DNA of 64,000 nucleotides from positions 20,088,001 to 20,152,000 of the forward strand of contig JBITNC010000001.1 of NCBI GenBank assembly GCA_050084985.1, written 5' to 3'. This DNA is from Nageia nagi (lineage: Eukaryota; Plantae; Pinophyta). Positions within the stretch are counted from its first letter, which is position 1. The number at the start of each line of letters is the position of its first letter. Positions 51,204-64,000 of the stretch are shown here, piece after piece. Made by a program: the position numbers and the translations under genes. The notes beneath the pieces were generated by a model. The model was not told where the DNA came from. It worked only from the letters and a program-made list of their open reading frames with translations, and made no database searches.

Positions 51204-52899
51204 CACCCTCATTATATTAATTCAATACATCTCCCTTAGAAAGTACACTTGATTTATTTGAATGATTTTTTAAGATTGTGTTAGTGTGCCATGTTGTGTA
51301 CGGTTAGATTTCTAGGGTAGTGTGAATCATTTACTCTAATTTTTTATTTATTTTATCTCATGTGAATTTGAGTGTGATAATTGTAATTAATGAGGATGAT
51401 CATGGCATAATTACTGGTACTATCTCAATTTTTAACTATAAATTCATAATAGTTGATTAAATTTTTCATTTAGAGTGTCCATTTGTTTTACTTTTCTAGT
51501 GGGTTGTTGAAGTCAAGATGATAGATCCTCATGCAATGATGGTGCAATTGGTTGAGGGTGATGGAATGTTTAATATAGATTTGGAGGAGATGCTTCATTC
51601 CTTAGAGGAGTGACATCAATTTTCCCATGAAGTGATGGAATTAGAAAAAGCTATTTCAGTGTTGTTATCTCTTTTGTAAGGAGTAGACTATAATGCCATT
51701 TGAAATATGCCACTTGGTTGTCATCATCCTCGATATAAATGCCTAAAAATAATTTATTATTTATTTAATAAATCATATTTAGAATTCCTAAATGACCTTT
51801 TACAATATAATAAATGTCAAGATAAAGTTGATATTACAATGCAATACCATGTGTTATATTAAATGCTATATCATTTATTATGGTTTATATTTTAAAGTAT
51901 CTTGAATACAGTAAAGTTTATATTATTTCTAGAAGTTATAATTCAATCCTTTCTATGTATTTATAGGATATATATGCAAGTGGAATATTTTTATCTCCAT
52001 AAATTGAAACTCTTTGATATGACAAGATCTCTAATAGATGGTTATCTTTTGCAATCTTCATTAAGGAACAATGTCTTTTGATTCCACCTATTATGAGAAA
52101 TTGTTGTACTTTGAGCTCTAAAACTTTATATATTTTATGCACATCATAATTCTACTAATTCCACACTATTGAGAACATGCATATTCTATATTAAAGGTTC
52201 CAAATTTTGATGATCAAGTTGTTGATTCATGTATATGAAGATCCACTATGAACTCACCATGAATATGATCCCAATCCTTTGGATATTCATTGCTATTTAC
52301 TTTTGAGGATTGTAAATACACTTCATGTTAGATTCATATGTTTCATGTATATTTATTATAATATAAATATTCTTATTATATTATAGATATATTTATTTAT
52401 TATGTATATTTTTATTTTGCACATTTTATAGACTACACCGAAAATCAACATTGATGATAGGATAGCTAGCATCGTAGTGGTGGGGTGATCTTTGCAAGTT
52501 CACTTTTTACTTAGAGAGTTTGAATATGTATTTTTGGTTCTTAACATAGTCTAAAAGGATGTTCTTTTCAATCATGGTGTACTCCCCAACTTATATATTT
52601 TGAGCTAAGAGATTAGATAGAAATATTTTTGTAGAACTATATGTGATAAATACAAGTTGCTATTATATAAAAGAAAAGAATTACATGTCTATGTAATATA
52701 CTATAAACTTCTTAAAGATACTATAATATAAGTATTTTTGACTATAATATACTTTTATAATGCTACTTCCTACTCCTATTAGGTAATATATCATTTTAAT
52801 CTATGATCATTGTATAAATCATTATTGAATTTATCCATCTTATGTTTTCAGTTATATGGTTCCTTCACCTTTGATAGCTTGGACTACATATGGATAGAG

Positions 52900-55800
52900 C
52901 TATAAAATTTTCAATTTCTTTGGATGATGTTTATACTAAATATTATATAAAAGTACTTGATCACCTACTTCTAATTGTTGATTTTTAATGTGTCTATTGT
53001 GCCTTACATTTTATTGATCTTTTCTTAAAGTTAGTTATATAGGGCTATATGTCGATTTTCATCTAGTTGATTGAGATTGAATAGTCATTCTTGAAGTGAT
53101 CAATGATAATCAAATCATGTTGTGAAAGTGATTCTTAGTGATGGGACTTGAAAATCCATAGGATGATCACTTCAAGTCCTTAGAAAAAGTCAAAAGGTGT
53201 ATTTTTATTTAACCATTTATAAGTTATTCTATATACCCATAGTACCATTGATAATGATTCTTCCCAATCTGATTAGCCAACAAAAATGATTGTGTTGAAT
53301 CATGAATTTATTGAGTAATTCCATAATGATATGGTTAACAAAATGCTTCCCTAATCACTCATAATTTTCTTAGGGCATCCAAATCTTGTAATTATATTTG
53401 TGTATATAAATTTTACTATAGTTTAAGTTATACAATCTTTGACTACTACTGCTCCTACCCATCTCATGAGATATTTCACTCCTTTAATGATATATAGATC
53501 CTATAATTTCCATGTTGGGGATGTATATGGCCTATAAATTTAATTTTCCATTTATTAAATGGTAGTAAGGGTACAATAGGTTGAAGTGGTAGTTCATTTC
53601 ATGTTGATGGTCAACCAAATATTTGACATATATCATAACTCTTGGCATAACAGTGGGCATCTTAGTGAAAACTAAGCCACCATAGTATAGCTTGTAATAC
53701 TTTCTCTCTTATCAATTATCCACTAAAATGGCCTCTAGCTAGTATATCATATGCCTCTATAAGGATCTCTTCATGTTCATGGTGAAGCACTACATGATGA
53801 ATTATGTCATCCATGCTAATTTTGTATTGTTCATTTGATATGAAAGTATAAGATATCACTTTTATTAGTAGTTTCAATTATTCTTCAAGGGATAAGCCAT
53901 TAGGATATTATCTTGAGGTTAGAAAAATTTCTATCTCCTTTAGGTCATATAGGATAGCTTCAAATTAGAATAAGTATGTGCTAGATTGATTATCAATGAT
54001 TTTCTAGGCTTCTTTATTTTTGATTTGTGATAACATATTAGAGAGCAGATTTAAGTTACCTAGATTGATAATAACTTTGAATGTGAATTCTTGAAATAAT
54101 AGTAGTTATTAATAAATATAATCTTGTATGATAAGTTTGTTTATAATATACCTTAGTGCCTCATGGCTTGTGAAGAAAATAAACATTATTGCTAATAAAT
54201 GATGATAAAATATTTAAAAAGTATATACCATGGCTAGTGCTTCTTGCTCCATGACATTGTAGTTTTTCTTTGCATCCACCATATTTTGATTGGTAAAATA
54301 GATTGGGTGATCAATACTACCTTAACTAGGCTAGGAAATTATGGCATCATTTTCTTGAATACTTTCATCTAATTTATATGGAATTCCTTATCCTATGATG
54401 AGCCATTATAGGTATCACTCCTCAAATGTGTCCTAGGAAAGGGACATTTGGATTCAAGCTTCGAACTATTTAGAAAGACCTTAAAAATGCATAAGATATC
54501 TAAGTACTAGCTGAAAATGGTTAACAAAAAATGTAATTTTTTTAAAATTATACCTTAATCAAGCTTATAAATTCATTTAAGAGCCTTATAATTCCAAATA
54601 TATATGCAAAATAATTATTGAAATATCTAGATGCCCCATGTAAAGGAAACTTCAAGTGGATATAGTACTTCTAGCTACTAAGAAGATGCAAATACTTCCC
54701 ATAAGCATTCAAATAATAGAATATGATTAATATAGGCCCAATGATCTACCAAAATATGGAATCTAGCCTTCCAAATTGCCAATATCTCACTCCTCATATC
54801 TAGATCCATCAATTGCTCCTTAAAAATGACCACTATGATGCTATGTCAATCCCACTATAATTCTAACAAGATAGCTATATGAAATAATACCATAATGAAT
54901 GAGTAATGTTCTTAAGAAACTCTTTCAACAATATCCTTCAATAATAATAGATCTCCTTCAATAGTAATTCTCCTTCATCAAAAACTCTCCAACAACTCTT
55001 ACCTAGCAAGTAAGAACAATATCTTGTCTCTTCAACTCAAACTCAAAACCCTCATTGTATGATGCTCTTAATTCTAATAGGATATTAGAATCAAGGAGTT
55101 GATACCAATATTATGAGATTTTCTAGGGCTCACTCCTCAAATATGCCCTAATAGGGATGTTTAGCTTCAAGCTCTTATACTATACATAAAGCTCTCAAAA
55201 ATGCATAAGATATCTAATGACTAGTAAGAAATAGTAAACAAGAATTTGAACTTGCAAAAATACTACCAAATCCCAATGTCTAGATATGATGAGCAATGAT
55301 AATATTCAAACATGAAATCCCTCAAATATTCCAATGGTTTAATCAAGGAGCAAAATAGTAACTTAACAATACAAAAATAATCCATAAATCCAACATCCAA
55401 GAACAAAGAGATAAATAGCAAGATATTGATAATAGAATATAATTGTATTATTATAACAATTGTAGAAGTGCAATTATTATATTTTTATCTACCTAAAGAG
55501 CTTATACCAAGATTACCTCCAATAGGGTTATGTCATATGGCTTCAAAGCCTCACTAATCATAGAAGTAGTGAGACATAAACCAAGTCTCTTCTATAGCAA
55601 CTATGATGGAACCAAGAATGTTCCTCCCAAGATGGATAGAGTAAGTTTGAGGGTAGCCTCATATCACCTCAATACCTCAAATATAGGTTTCCTCACAAGT
55701 AGTGAAGAAATATTCCTCACACTTAATCTAAAAAAGTGTTTAATATCAATAATCAATATATCTTCTAATATCTAGGAATTCTTCTTTTATAGCTATGGGT

Positions 55801-56945
55801 GATTTATCTTCTAATATTGCATTGAGATGATCCAATGATGGAGAGGTGTGATCCATGTGCTCTATCTATTAGCATCATGATTGAAGAACCTAGGGATAAA
55901 TGAAATCTCATCAAAGGGTCCAAAAATACCATGTCTAAGAAGAGATGATTTCTAGGTTCCTCGAGATCACATTGATTACTTGAGTTAAGTTCCATAAATC
56001 CATCCTTGCTCTACATCCAAGTGTGGGAGTGATAAAATTTCCTATGAATGCAAATATACAAGATCTAATGGTCAAGTATGCAACTTCAATTAAGGATACC
56101 AATATTGCATTTACAATTATTAATGTGCCTTGGAATTATCTATTATAAGTGGCCTATGAAATTACAAGTATTATTGGAACATAAATACCTATAGCCCATT
56201 TATTACATAAAAATAACAAAAAATGACTCATAGAGTTCCACATTCCATGTTTGAGGATATCCAAGTGGAATTACATTAAAATATTCCTAATTAATTATAA
56301 ATCACACATAGATTAATGAAATATCAATTTCATATCCTTAGATGATGGACGTCACTCTCAAATTAGACTCAATTATAGACTAGCTCGATGGGTAAACTTT
56401 AAAGTACCATAGCTTCCTCATTACTTACCAAAAGTAGGTCATATAACATATCAAAATAACTGGCATGAGGTCATCTCTCCATTCTAAGTGTTGAAATATC
56501 CATTCCTAGATTGTAGAAGATATAATCTCTATAAAACTAAAAATGAATGAAACCTTACAAATTAAGGACATTACATGTCCAATATGAGAATACTAATATC
56601 GAGTCTTTTGATAGTTTTTATTTTGAGAGGTAAAAATTCTCCTGACATTATTGAGACCAATAGAGGGTTAGTTTTTCTTGGTTAAATAATTTATAGGGAT
56701 AGTTAAGGTTTCATATTTTTTAATAAATTTTCTATAATAGCCTATTGATGCTAAGAACCTTTGTAACATTCTATAATTTAAAAATACAATTATCTTTGTT
56801 GTATCTACCACTATTACTTCCTTACAACCAATGTGGCTAAATAAGACTCTTTTAGTTATCACAAATAAGTATTTTTCTAAGTTAAGTGAGATTCCTCATT
56901 CGTAACATTCCTCAAAGTTCCATCATGTTTCATGGGAACAGGCCT
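52900..56945 (-). pseudogene. pol: Decayed non-chromoviral Gypsy pol (RT C-terminus, RNase H, integrase), split by a solo LTR
   Basis: LQRFLASIGYYRKFIKKY..PINYLTKK; ILVFSYW|DKEFHINLD..DHPIYFTNQ..NYNVMEQEALAMVY..FFTSHEALRYII..LLLFQEFTF; RGHFSG..PLQPIVPLLPFNKW..ITRFGCPKKIMSD*GKHF. Confidence 0.8.
54394..56575 (-). mobile_element. Solo LTR (~2.18 kb), near-perfect TSD TATCC/TGTCC
   Basis: Termini tatgatg...ggacattaca (TGTAATGTCC on the minus strand). Flanks 54389-54393 TATCC and 56576-56580 TGTCC. The host frame W|DKEFH rejoins across it. Internal ~140-bp duplication (54416 vs 55131). Confidence 0.8.
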
Positions 56946-57681
56946 TGTTATTAGACTAGTATTTCTATGATTTATTTATCTCTTTTTTGCTCTATTAATT
57001 TCCTATTATGGCCATTTTTGATTCAAAATTTATGTCAATATTGAGTTTCTTTATTTTGATTTCCTCATCATACCTTGATTTTATCTTCTTATCTATAATA
57101 ACTTCCTTTTCCCCTTCACTGAATTTGTATTTCAAATCTTATGGCTTTTCTTTCAATTCATTTAGGTATACTTATTTGATTATTTTAGTGATATTTTTTA
57201 TTATTGGTAATGAATGTAGAACTACTAGTCTTACGAGGGGCTATGTAGTTATTGAATATGTGACTCATACAATAGTAGGTTCCATTAGTAGGAAGTTCTT
57301 ATTTTGTAAGAGGCATTTATAGATTGCGATATAATAATTATGAAATATGAACACACCTAATTGACTCTTTCTCTCCTAAGCTCCTAATGAACATACCAAG
57401 CAAGTAGACCAATTCCACATATCTAATGAAATATGTGTATCCAAGTATCAAGGTGTAAGTTGATTGAATTTTTCTAGATGGATTCACAGAGTGTAATATG
57501 TATTATGGGGTCTATATTGCCTAAATATTTATCAATTATATTAATAATCATATGCATATTTAGGAAGCATAATGATAAATGGTACTCCATGATCCGGCTA
57601 TAGTTCCTATGATGGTATCATCTAATTCATTAATTTTATTTTCATCATTAGGGAAAGTTTGAATCATTGCTTTTGAAAATT

Positions 57682-60600
57682 TATTAGAATTTGTAACCTT
57701 TACTTGGTGAGATTATTTTCACATTAGAGGATAATTATTTATCCTCTATTTTTTATTTGTGGAGTAAAGAATATTTCAAAGTAATCCCTACACCTATTTT
57801 TTCCTCTTATAGATTTTTCTATAAAATATGTGAGAATAGTTTTAATTACCTCTATTGAGATAATTATAGAATGGGAGTTACATTAACTTGTAACTCCCAC
57901 CTTTCCTATTGCAATATGGCAAGTTTAGATCATGTGAGTTACCTAGTAACTCCCTCTCTTCACCTCTATTTATTGAGGTCCCTTCTCTTCTCTTCTTCAT
58001 CCAGGATTTATCCTAAGTCTTTGTAACGAGTTAGCTCTTCTCTTCTTTGACATTTTACCATTCTTGCAATGTAAGGGTTATTTTTTCTTTGTTTTTCCCC
58101 CTTAAAAAATTCTTATCTCTCTCCATTTTTTTGTTTTGCACTCATGATGGTATAATTTCTAACCTTACATTTTTTACTTTCAAGTTTTAGTAATAACTTT
58201 TATTTTGATCAATCCCCAAGTGGACATCATGGTGAAAAAGTGATTCAAATTGGTGAGATGAGGTCACAAGTTTGAATCCCCTTTATGGATCCTTGGTGGT
58301 ACTATGTGGCTTTAATTTGGATGTTTTTCAAGTGTATTATGATATTTTGTGGGGCTTAGATAAAAAATCTCATGTAAAAAGTCCCACCCAAGAAAAGAAC
58401 CCATGAATTACCCTGAGTTGTGTGATTAGTGGCTAGGATCACATATTTGAGAGGATTAGTGGCTTCAGATGATATCTCTCATAAATTAAAAAAAACTTTT
58501 ATTGATCCTCCTAAAATTTCTAACATAGTACTAGAGCCATGCAATTATTGTTAATCTTGTTGTGAGTAATTTGTTGCAGGTTTTTTAACCATCTTTATTA
58601 GAGGAGCTTTATGATTTTTGGAGAGAAATTTTTTATTTTTTCCCTTAACTTTGTTCTATAGGTTTTGTTAGGGTTAATTAATTTTTTCAAGCAATTTTTT
58701 TTGGGATCACAAACTTTCTCCAAGAAATAACTTTTATCTTAGTTCTTTTTCTCCTTGTGTAGGAATTTTGTATAATATCTCACATTTTTTATGTGCATTT
58801 TTTATAACCATCATTTATTACTAATAATAATATTTGTCTAAGTGTTTTATATTTTTTTCTTTGCAAGAATAAAATAATTTTTTTTTTGTAAAGTTCTTAT
58901 TGAGGGTTTGCTTATAGGGGAAAATAAAAATTATAATAATTGTTTTGTAACTTCATTTTTTTTAGGGTTTTTGCCTCCTTGTAGCAACTAGGAATTTGGC
59001 TCCTAGAAACCCCCTTAGTCACCATCCTTTTAATGTCTTGATAAAGAATTTTTTCTCTCATAGCATAATGTATTCACTATAGAACCTCAAATCTTTATGC
59101 CCCTAGTTGTTCCTCTACCTTGCTAGTAGCCACTCGTCTCCCCCACTCTAAACATGAGTAGCCCCTACACAACATTTCTCTTCCCTTTCAATGTTCTACC
59201 TTGCATATGGTCTCTTGATGCTTCATCTAGTTGGACTTATGCTATTATTGGTGTGTTTTCAAAATTGTTGGTGACTCTATGTAAGGTCCCTTACAACTCC
59301 TCATCTACGTGCTCCTCCTCTCTCCTCTATGTCTACCTATTCATCCTTCTTATGCTTGGTGGCTCCCAAAACTATCATCGCTACACAACACTACCCTCTC
59401 CCCTTATATTATCCTTTACCTTGCATCATCTCTCTTTTCTTCTTTTCATTGCCACTTCATAGGTTTCCTATTTTTTTATTATTTTTTTATTATTTTCATT
59501 TAGGTTTAGGGCTTGTCAATATTTTTATATAATGGTTTAAATGTTTAATGTTGAATTTAATTTAAAATACCTTTTCTAGTATGCCATTTATTATTTACAA
59601 AAATTGTAATATTTGGCATAAGATATTTATTTTTTTAAGATCATTATTAACTATTAAATAAGTTTTTATTATGATCTTAATTTGGTGTTTAAATGATATT
59701 AATGTTTCCTTTTTAATTAGTATATCTTATCTTATTTCATTTATCCATTTATTTGATGAAGTTTAAAATTAGATTATTGTGTCATGATTATAATTTTTAA
59801 TTTAAAGTATTATGTATCCTAGGCAACATAGTAACACTTATTTTTGGGATTTGTGCTCAATAGTGTATGAATGATCTAATTGGCCATAATGACTATTAAT
59901 ACACCTTTGAATTCACTTTTCGTAATTGTTGTGGCATGGTTAATAATGCAACTTCAATCAATTTTTGGTTCTCCTTTTTTGGAATTTTATTATTGACCTT
60001 AAAGTCAACTTATTTTTTTACTACCATTTTTGAACCATAATTTTATGGATAATGAATTTTTTTTCACATCCCTTAAAATATTAATATGTGCTTGCTATTG
60101 GGGCAATCTTTATGATATTTTGGTCTATGTGCTTTTTTTGTTACTAATATGTGTACCTTATGTGAGTGTTTTGAAGTTCACCTTTTTTTCATGTGGCAAA
60201 AGTTGCCTTGTGAAGTTTGGAGCTCTTTTTTTTATCGACCATCCACATGGCCAAAGATGCCTTGGAAGTCTAGTATTGGAGCTCTTTCTTCTGACCTTCT
60301 ATCCCCATGGCCAAAGATGCCTTGGGAGATTAATATTATGAAAATTTCTAGTAAAGCTTATTTGTTTGTTCATGTGGTTACATGTTATATGGTGGTTAAT
60401 TCCATCTTATTTGTAAGTGTTTCCAGACCCCATGTATAGCTTAATGGGGGATGTTGGAATTGTAATCCTTCTTGGATGTTTGTATCTTTGTATTCTATTC
60501 CCCAAGTAAACTTTAAAGGGGGATGTTAGAATTTGTAACCTTTACTTGATGAGATTATTCTCACATTATAAGATAATTATTTATCCTCTATTTTTTAATT

Positions 60601-61063
60601 TTTGGTGTAAAGAATATTCCAAAGGAATCCCTACATGTATTTTTGCCTCTTATGGACTTTTCTCACAAATATGTGAGAAAAGTTTAATTGCCTCTATTGA
60701 GATGATTCTAGAATGGGTGTTACTTTGTAACTTCCACCTTTCCTATTGAAAGATGGCAAATTTAGATTATGGGATTTACTTAGTAACTTCCTCTCTTCAC
60801 CTCTATTTATTGAGGTGCCTTATCCTCTCTTCTTCATCTAGGATTTCTCCTAAATCTTTTTAATGAACTAGCTCTCTTCTTCTTTGGCATTTTACTATTC
60901 TTACAATGTAGGGTTATTTTTCTTTATTTTTTCCCCTTAAAAAATTCTTTTCTCTCTCCATTTTGTGGTTGCTCACTCATGATGGTATAATTCCTAACCT
61001 TGCATTTTTTACTTTCAAGTTTTAGTAATAACTTTTATTTTGATCCTCCTAAAAATTATAACA
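57682..61063 (+). mobile_element. Non-autonomous LTR element (540-bp LTRs, ~2-kb non-coding interior), near-perfect TSD AAATT/AAGTT
   Basis: LTRs at 57682-58525 (with SINE) and 60524-61063. Degenerate iMet PBS tagtactagagcc at 58526, PPT aaaggggga at 60515-60523. No gag or pol motifs recognised inside. Confidence 0.88.
58211..58493 (+). mobile_element. tRNA-derived SINE (~283 bp) inserted in the 5' LTR
   Basis: Absent from the sister LTR. A-box-like tggacatcatggtg (~58221), B-box-like aggtcacaagtttgaatccc (~58261-58280), A-rich tail ataaattaaaaaaaa. TSD aacttttattttgatc / aacttttattgatc. Confidence 0.85.
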
Positions 61064-62510
61064 AAGTTCATGAAGGGAAAATATTTCAATTATGTCATCA
61101 AATTTAGGCATTTTATCTTGATATACCTCTTTTGATATTCAGAAGACTTGATAGCCCAATTTAGTTTGGTATGCTCATCTTGAGTGTAACTTGTGATTTC
61201 CTATATTCCACATCCCCTCCAACCCATTACTATGAAAAATGACTTGACCATCCTTCATAGGATTAATATGATTCAAATATCAATTTTATTCCTTTCTTAT
61301 GGTTAGAGCATATATGTCATTTAGACCCATTGAATCACAACCATTATCACTACTTTGGTTTGGTGCCTTGATGTATGCATAGTTCATACCTTTATTTATT
61401 AGAATATATACTTTGTATTGATCATTATATATTACCAATTTCTAAGTTTTACTATTAATGATACTATTATTATTCATGAATGATTCAAGGTTAAGTAGGG
61501 TTGTATATTCAAATTTTTTTGATGTTGACCATTTCTATCACATCGAATATGGCTTACGAGCTTATCCCTAGAACTAAAATGGGAATAGGATTATCCTTGA
61601 TGTTGATTACAATGATTTTTCTCTTGAAAATGCCTATTCCTCTTGATTATTTTCCATGTGATGAGTCTATAGTTAACCATCTTGGTGGCTATGCTTATTT
61701 ACCTTCTTGTTATAAAGATATTTATCCTTCATTTTTAAACATGGATGCTTATTTTAGGCAAGTTTCTTCTACTTTTAATTCTTATGAGAATGTTATTTTA
61801 AACTTGTACAAGTATTTTGATAAATACAATTCATAATATAAGGATGATGAACTTAATTTATTACCTTTACTTTTCCAATTGGATGACACTTTTCACATGC
61901 TTATTAAAGAAATAATTGAAGTTAACATTGGTGAAGATCCTAATAATCCTCATACTATGTTACTTGGAAAGATATTAACCAAAAAGGAGCAAGAGTTATT
62001 AATTTATCTTCTTAATAAGTATATTAAAATCTTTGCTTAGAAATATTTTGATATGCCAAGGTTGGATTCAGATCTTGTTGTTCATAATCTTGTTCTTGAC
62101 AAAGATACAAAACCCATTAAGTAAAAATTAAGAAAAATGCATCCAAAAATTGCACTCCTTAATAAATAAGAACTTCAAAGACTTTTGCACGTTGGTTTTA
62201 TCACACCTATTGATTATCCTACATGGCTTTCTAAGGTTGTTCCTATTGGAAATAAAACATGAGGTATTCAAATATGCACTAATTTTTGAGATATTAATAA
62301 AGTTTTTTCAAAATATTATTTTCCTTTACCTAGCATTGATAATATAGTAGATGAAACTATAGGTCATGAAATGCTCTCACTCATGGATGGTTTTAGTGGC
62401 TACAATCAAACTCATATTGCAAAAAAATGATCAACATAAAATTACTTTCACAACACCTTGGGGAACCTTCTATTATAAGATCATGCCCTTTAGTTTAAAT
62501 AATATTTCAA
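61064..62510 (+). pseudogene. pol: Tat/Ogre-type pol remnant (protease end to RT N-terminal half)
   Basis: KF|VHEGKI across the LTR-element TSD; EVNIGEDPNNP..IFA*KYFDMPRLDSDLVVHNL..PIK*KLRKMHP..IDYPTWLSKVVPI..FPLPSIDNIVDETIGHEMLSLMDGFSGYNQ..ITFTTPWGTFYYKIMPFSLNN. Confidence 0.85.
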
Positions 62511-62679
62511 ATAAAAGAGACCTCTTTCAGGATCACTTAAACTTGAATATTTAACTCATGTGTGTAGGCTAGACTAGATCCTATAAGAATAAACTATATA
62601 AAAAAACTTGATTAAAACCCTTAAGGAGACTTCTTCAATTCAAATTAATAAGCTCAAATGATCACAATGTTACTAGCTC

Positions 62680-64000
62680 AAGGGGGTGTTAAGAAACACC
62701 AAAGACTACCTAATAATGCCATTTTTTATGATTGTAACTAATGTAGCTAATTGAATCTTGAGATGACCCTAAATTATATTCATTATCCAAATGTGGTGAC
62801 CCTAGGCATTTATAAAATATAGGGCCATTTCTTTGTCAAAACACAAAGATCCTAGGTGTTTGGTAACCTACAAGCATAGAAGATAATATTCAAAAGTTAA
62901 TACACATCATGGGATGAGATAAGACTACTATAGAAATAAAATATGAAAATAAGATCAAGAAATATAATGGGTGTATTTTTGGTTTGATAAGAGGAACAAG
63001 GCTTGAAATGATTGATTTCCAACTTGGCCTAAGATCAATGCTTTCCAATCACTCTTCTTAAATGCTCATGGGAGAGTGCTAGATGTAGTAGCTTCAAAAT
63101 TTATCACTTCTAGGACTCAAGAATCCACAAATTTGAAGCTCAATGTATGCATTAGTTTCTAACCTAAAAATGGAGATAAAATTCTACTTAAATAGATTTT
63201 TGAAACATGCTAAGTCACCAATTTAGAATCCATATAGATTTCAAATTGAAAATGGTTGTTTCTTGATTGATCTTTGATTGAATTTGAATTGGATCTGATT
63301 GGAGACAAATTGGAAACATATCCATTCAGTTCTCTTATTTTCTATTAATTGAGCATATTTGGAACATAATTGGTGAGTCATTAATCAATGACTTGAGTTT
63401 CATATCTTCTTATTTTCTTACTCAACGAATAATCAATGACATGGCAAGGTGAGGTGTAAAATATGTCTAGCTATTTTTTTGCAAAATAGATAATAAATAT
63501 ATTAGTTATATTAATATGACCAACATTAATAAACATCAATATAATAATATTTTAATAACACAAACTAAATGATCAAATATTATTAACATGACTAATGTTA
63601 ATTATAATTTTCAAATAAATGATTATAGTCCAAAGTATAATAAATATGACTAAATTTAATTACACTTTTAACCATAAATGATTATGATCAAAAATCATAA
63701 TTAATATTACCAATATTAATTATCTTTTTTAAATAACTATGATCAAAATGCAATAAACATGAATAAGTTTATTTACAATTTCCTAATAAATGATTATGAT
63801 CAAAAATACATTAACATGACTAAGTTTAATTGAATTTTCCAAAACAAGTGACTATGATCGAAACACAATAAACATGACTAAGTTAAATTGTAATTCCAAA
63901 GTAAATGACTATGATCAAAACACAATAAATATAACTAAGTTTAATTGCAATTCTAAAGAAAATAATTATGATCAAAAATACATTATACATGACTAAGTTT
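62680..64000 (+). mobile_element. PPT plus start of a 3' LTR (from 62687) running off the window
   Basis: aaggggg-TGTTAAG junction. The preceding ~160 bp is not continuous with the Tat RT. Confidence 0.55.
63565..64000. repeat. AT-rich tandem repeat, ~58-bp unit, at least 8 copies
   Basis: Consensus near aaatgactatgatcaaaa(c/t)acaataaacatgactaagtttaattgcaattttc(c)aa, continuing to the window edge. Confidence 0.9.

Noticed and set aside
58211-58290. Functional tRNA gene
   Set aside because: Only degenerate A/B boxes and no convincing cloverleaf. It is followed by a body, A tail and TSD typical of a SINE.
57008-60749. Several 60-104-aa hydrophobic ORFs (57008, 59154, 59309, 59329, 60030, 60149, 60546)
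   Set aside because: Overlapping frames in T-rich non-coding or LTR sequence with no recognisable domain, so probably chance ORFs.
62510-62686. Copia RNase H tail before the PPT at 62680
   Set aside because: Only a weak PLS..LEYL resemblance, too decayed to assign a superfamily.

Overview
AT-rich, strongly CpG/CHG-depleted plant nuclear DNA made almost entirely of nested, decayed transposable elements. It is probably a gymnosperm (conifer-like), inferred from a TatII-type PR-aRH-RT-RH-INT pol and the element types present. No intact host protein-coding gene, rRNA, tRNA or CRISPR array is supported. Left to right: Ogre/Tat-type gag remnants (1-3800); a LINE ORF1 (DUF4283) remnant split by a 2.8-kb solo LTR with an ACTAA TSD and cut again by a second LTR of the same family; a CpG-retaining low-complexity-free island and a ~1.07-kb TIR element (10.85-12.8 kb); a Tekay-like 3' end; a full Reina-like chromovirus (14940-29434) carrying an 8.7-kb non-autonomous long-LTR element (17666-26412, GAGCC TSD) whose LTRs hold arrays of 12-13 palindromic hairpin repeats; a stem-loop repeat array next to an orphan PPT (29435-29960); a TatII element (~30084-48628) with a large 3' extra ORF interrupted by the youngest element, a Copia (33871-39641, GTTCT TSD) that lost most of RT-RNase H and has an extra ORF upstream of gag; an older TatII relative; another Gypsy pol with a solo LTR; a non-coding LTR element carrying a tRNA-derived SINE in one LTR; a Tat/Ogre RT remnant; and a final LTR with a ~58-bp tandem repeat. 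The most unusual signals are the two arrays of conserved hairpins with variable spacers, the extra ORFs, and the CpG-retaining island with a candidate small exon. All boundaries were read by eye and no database search was run.
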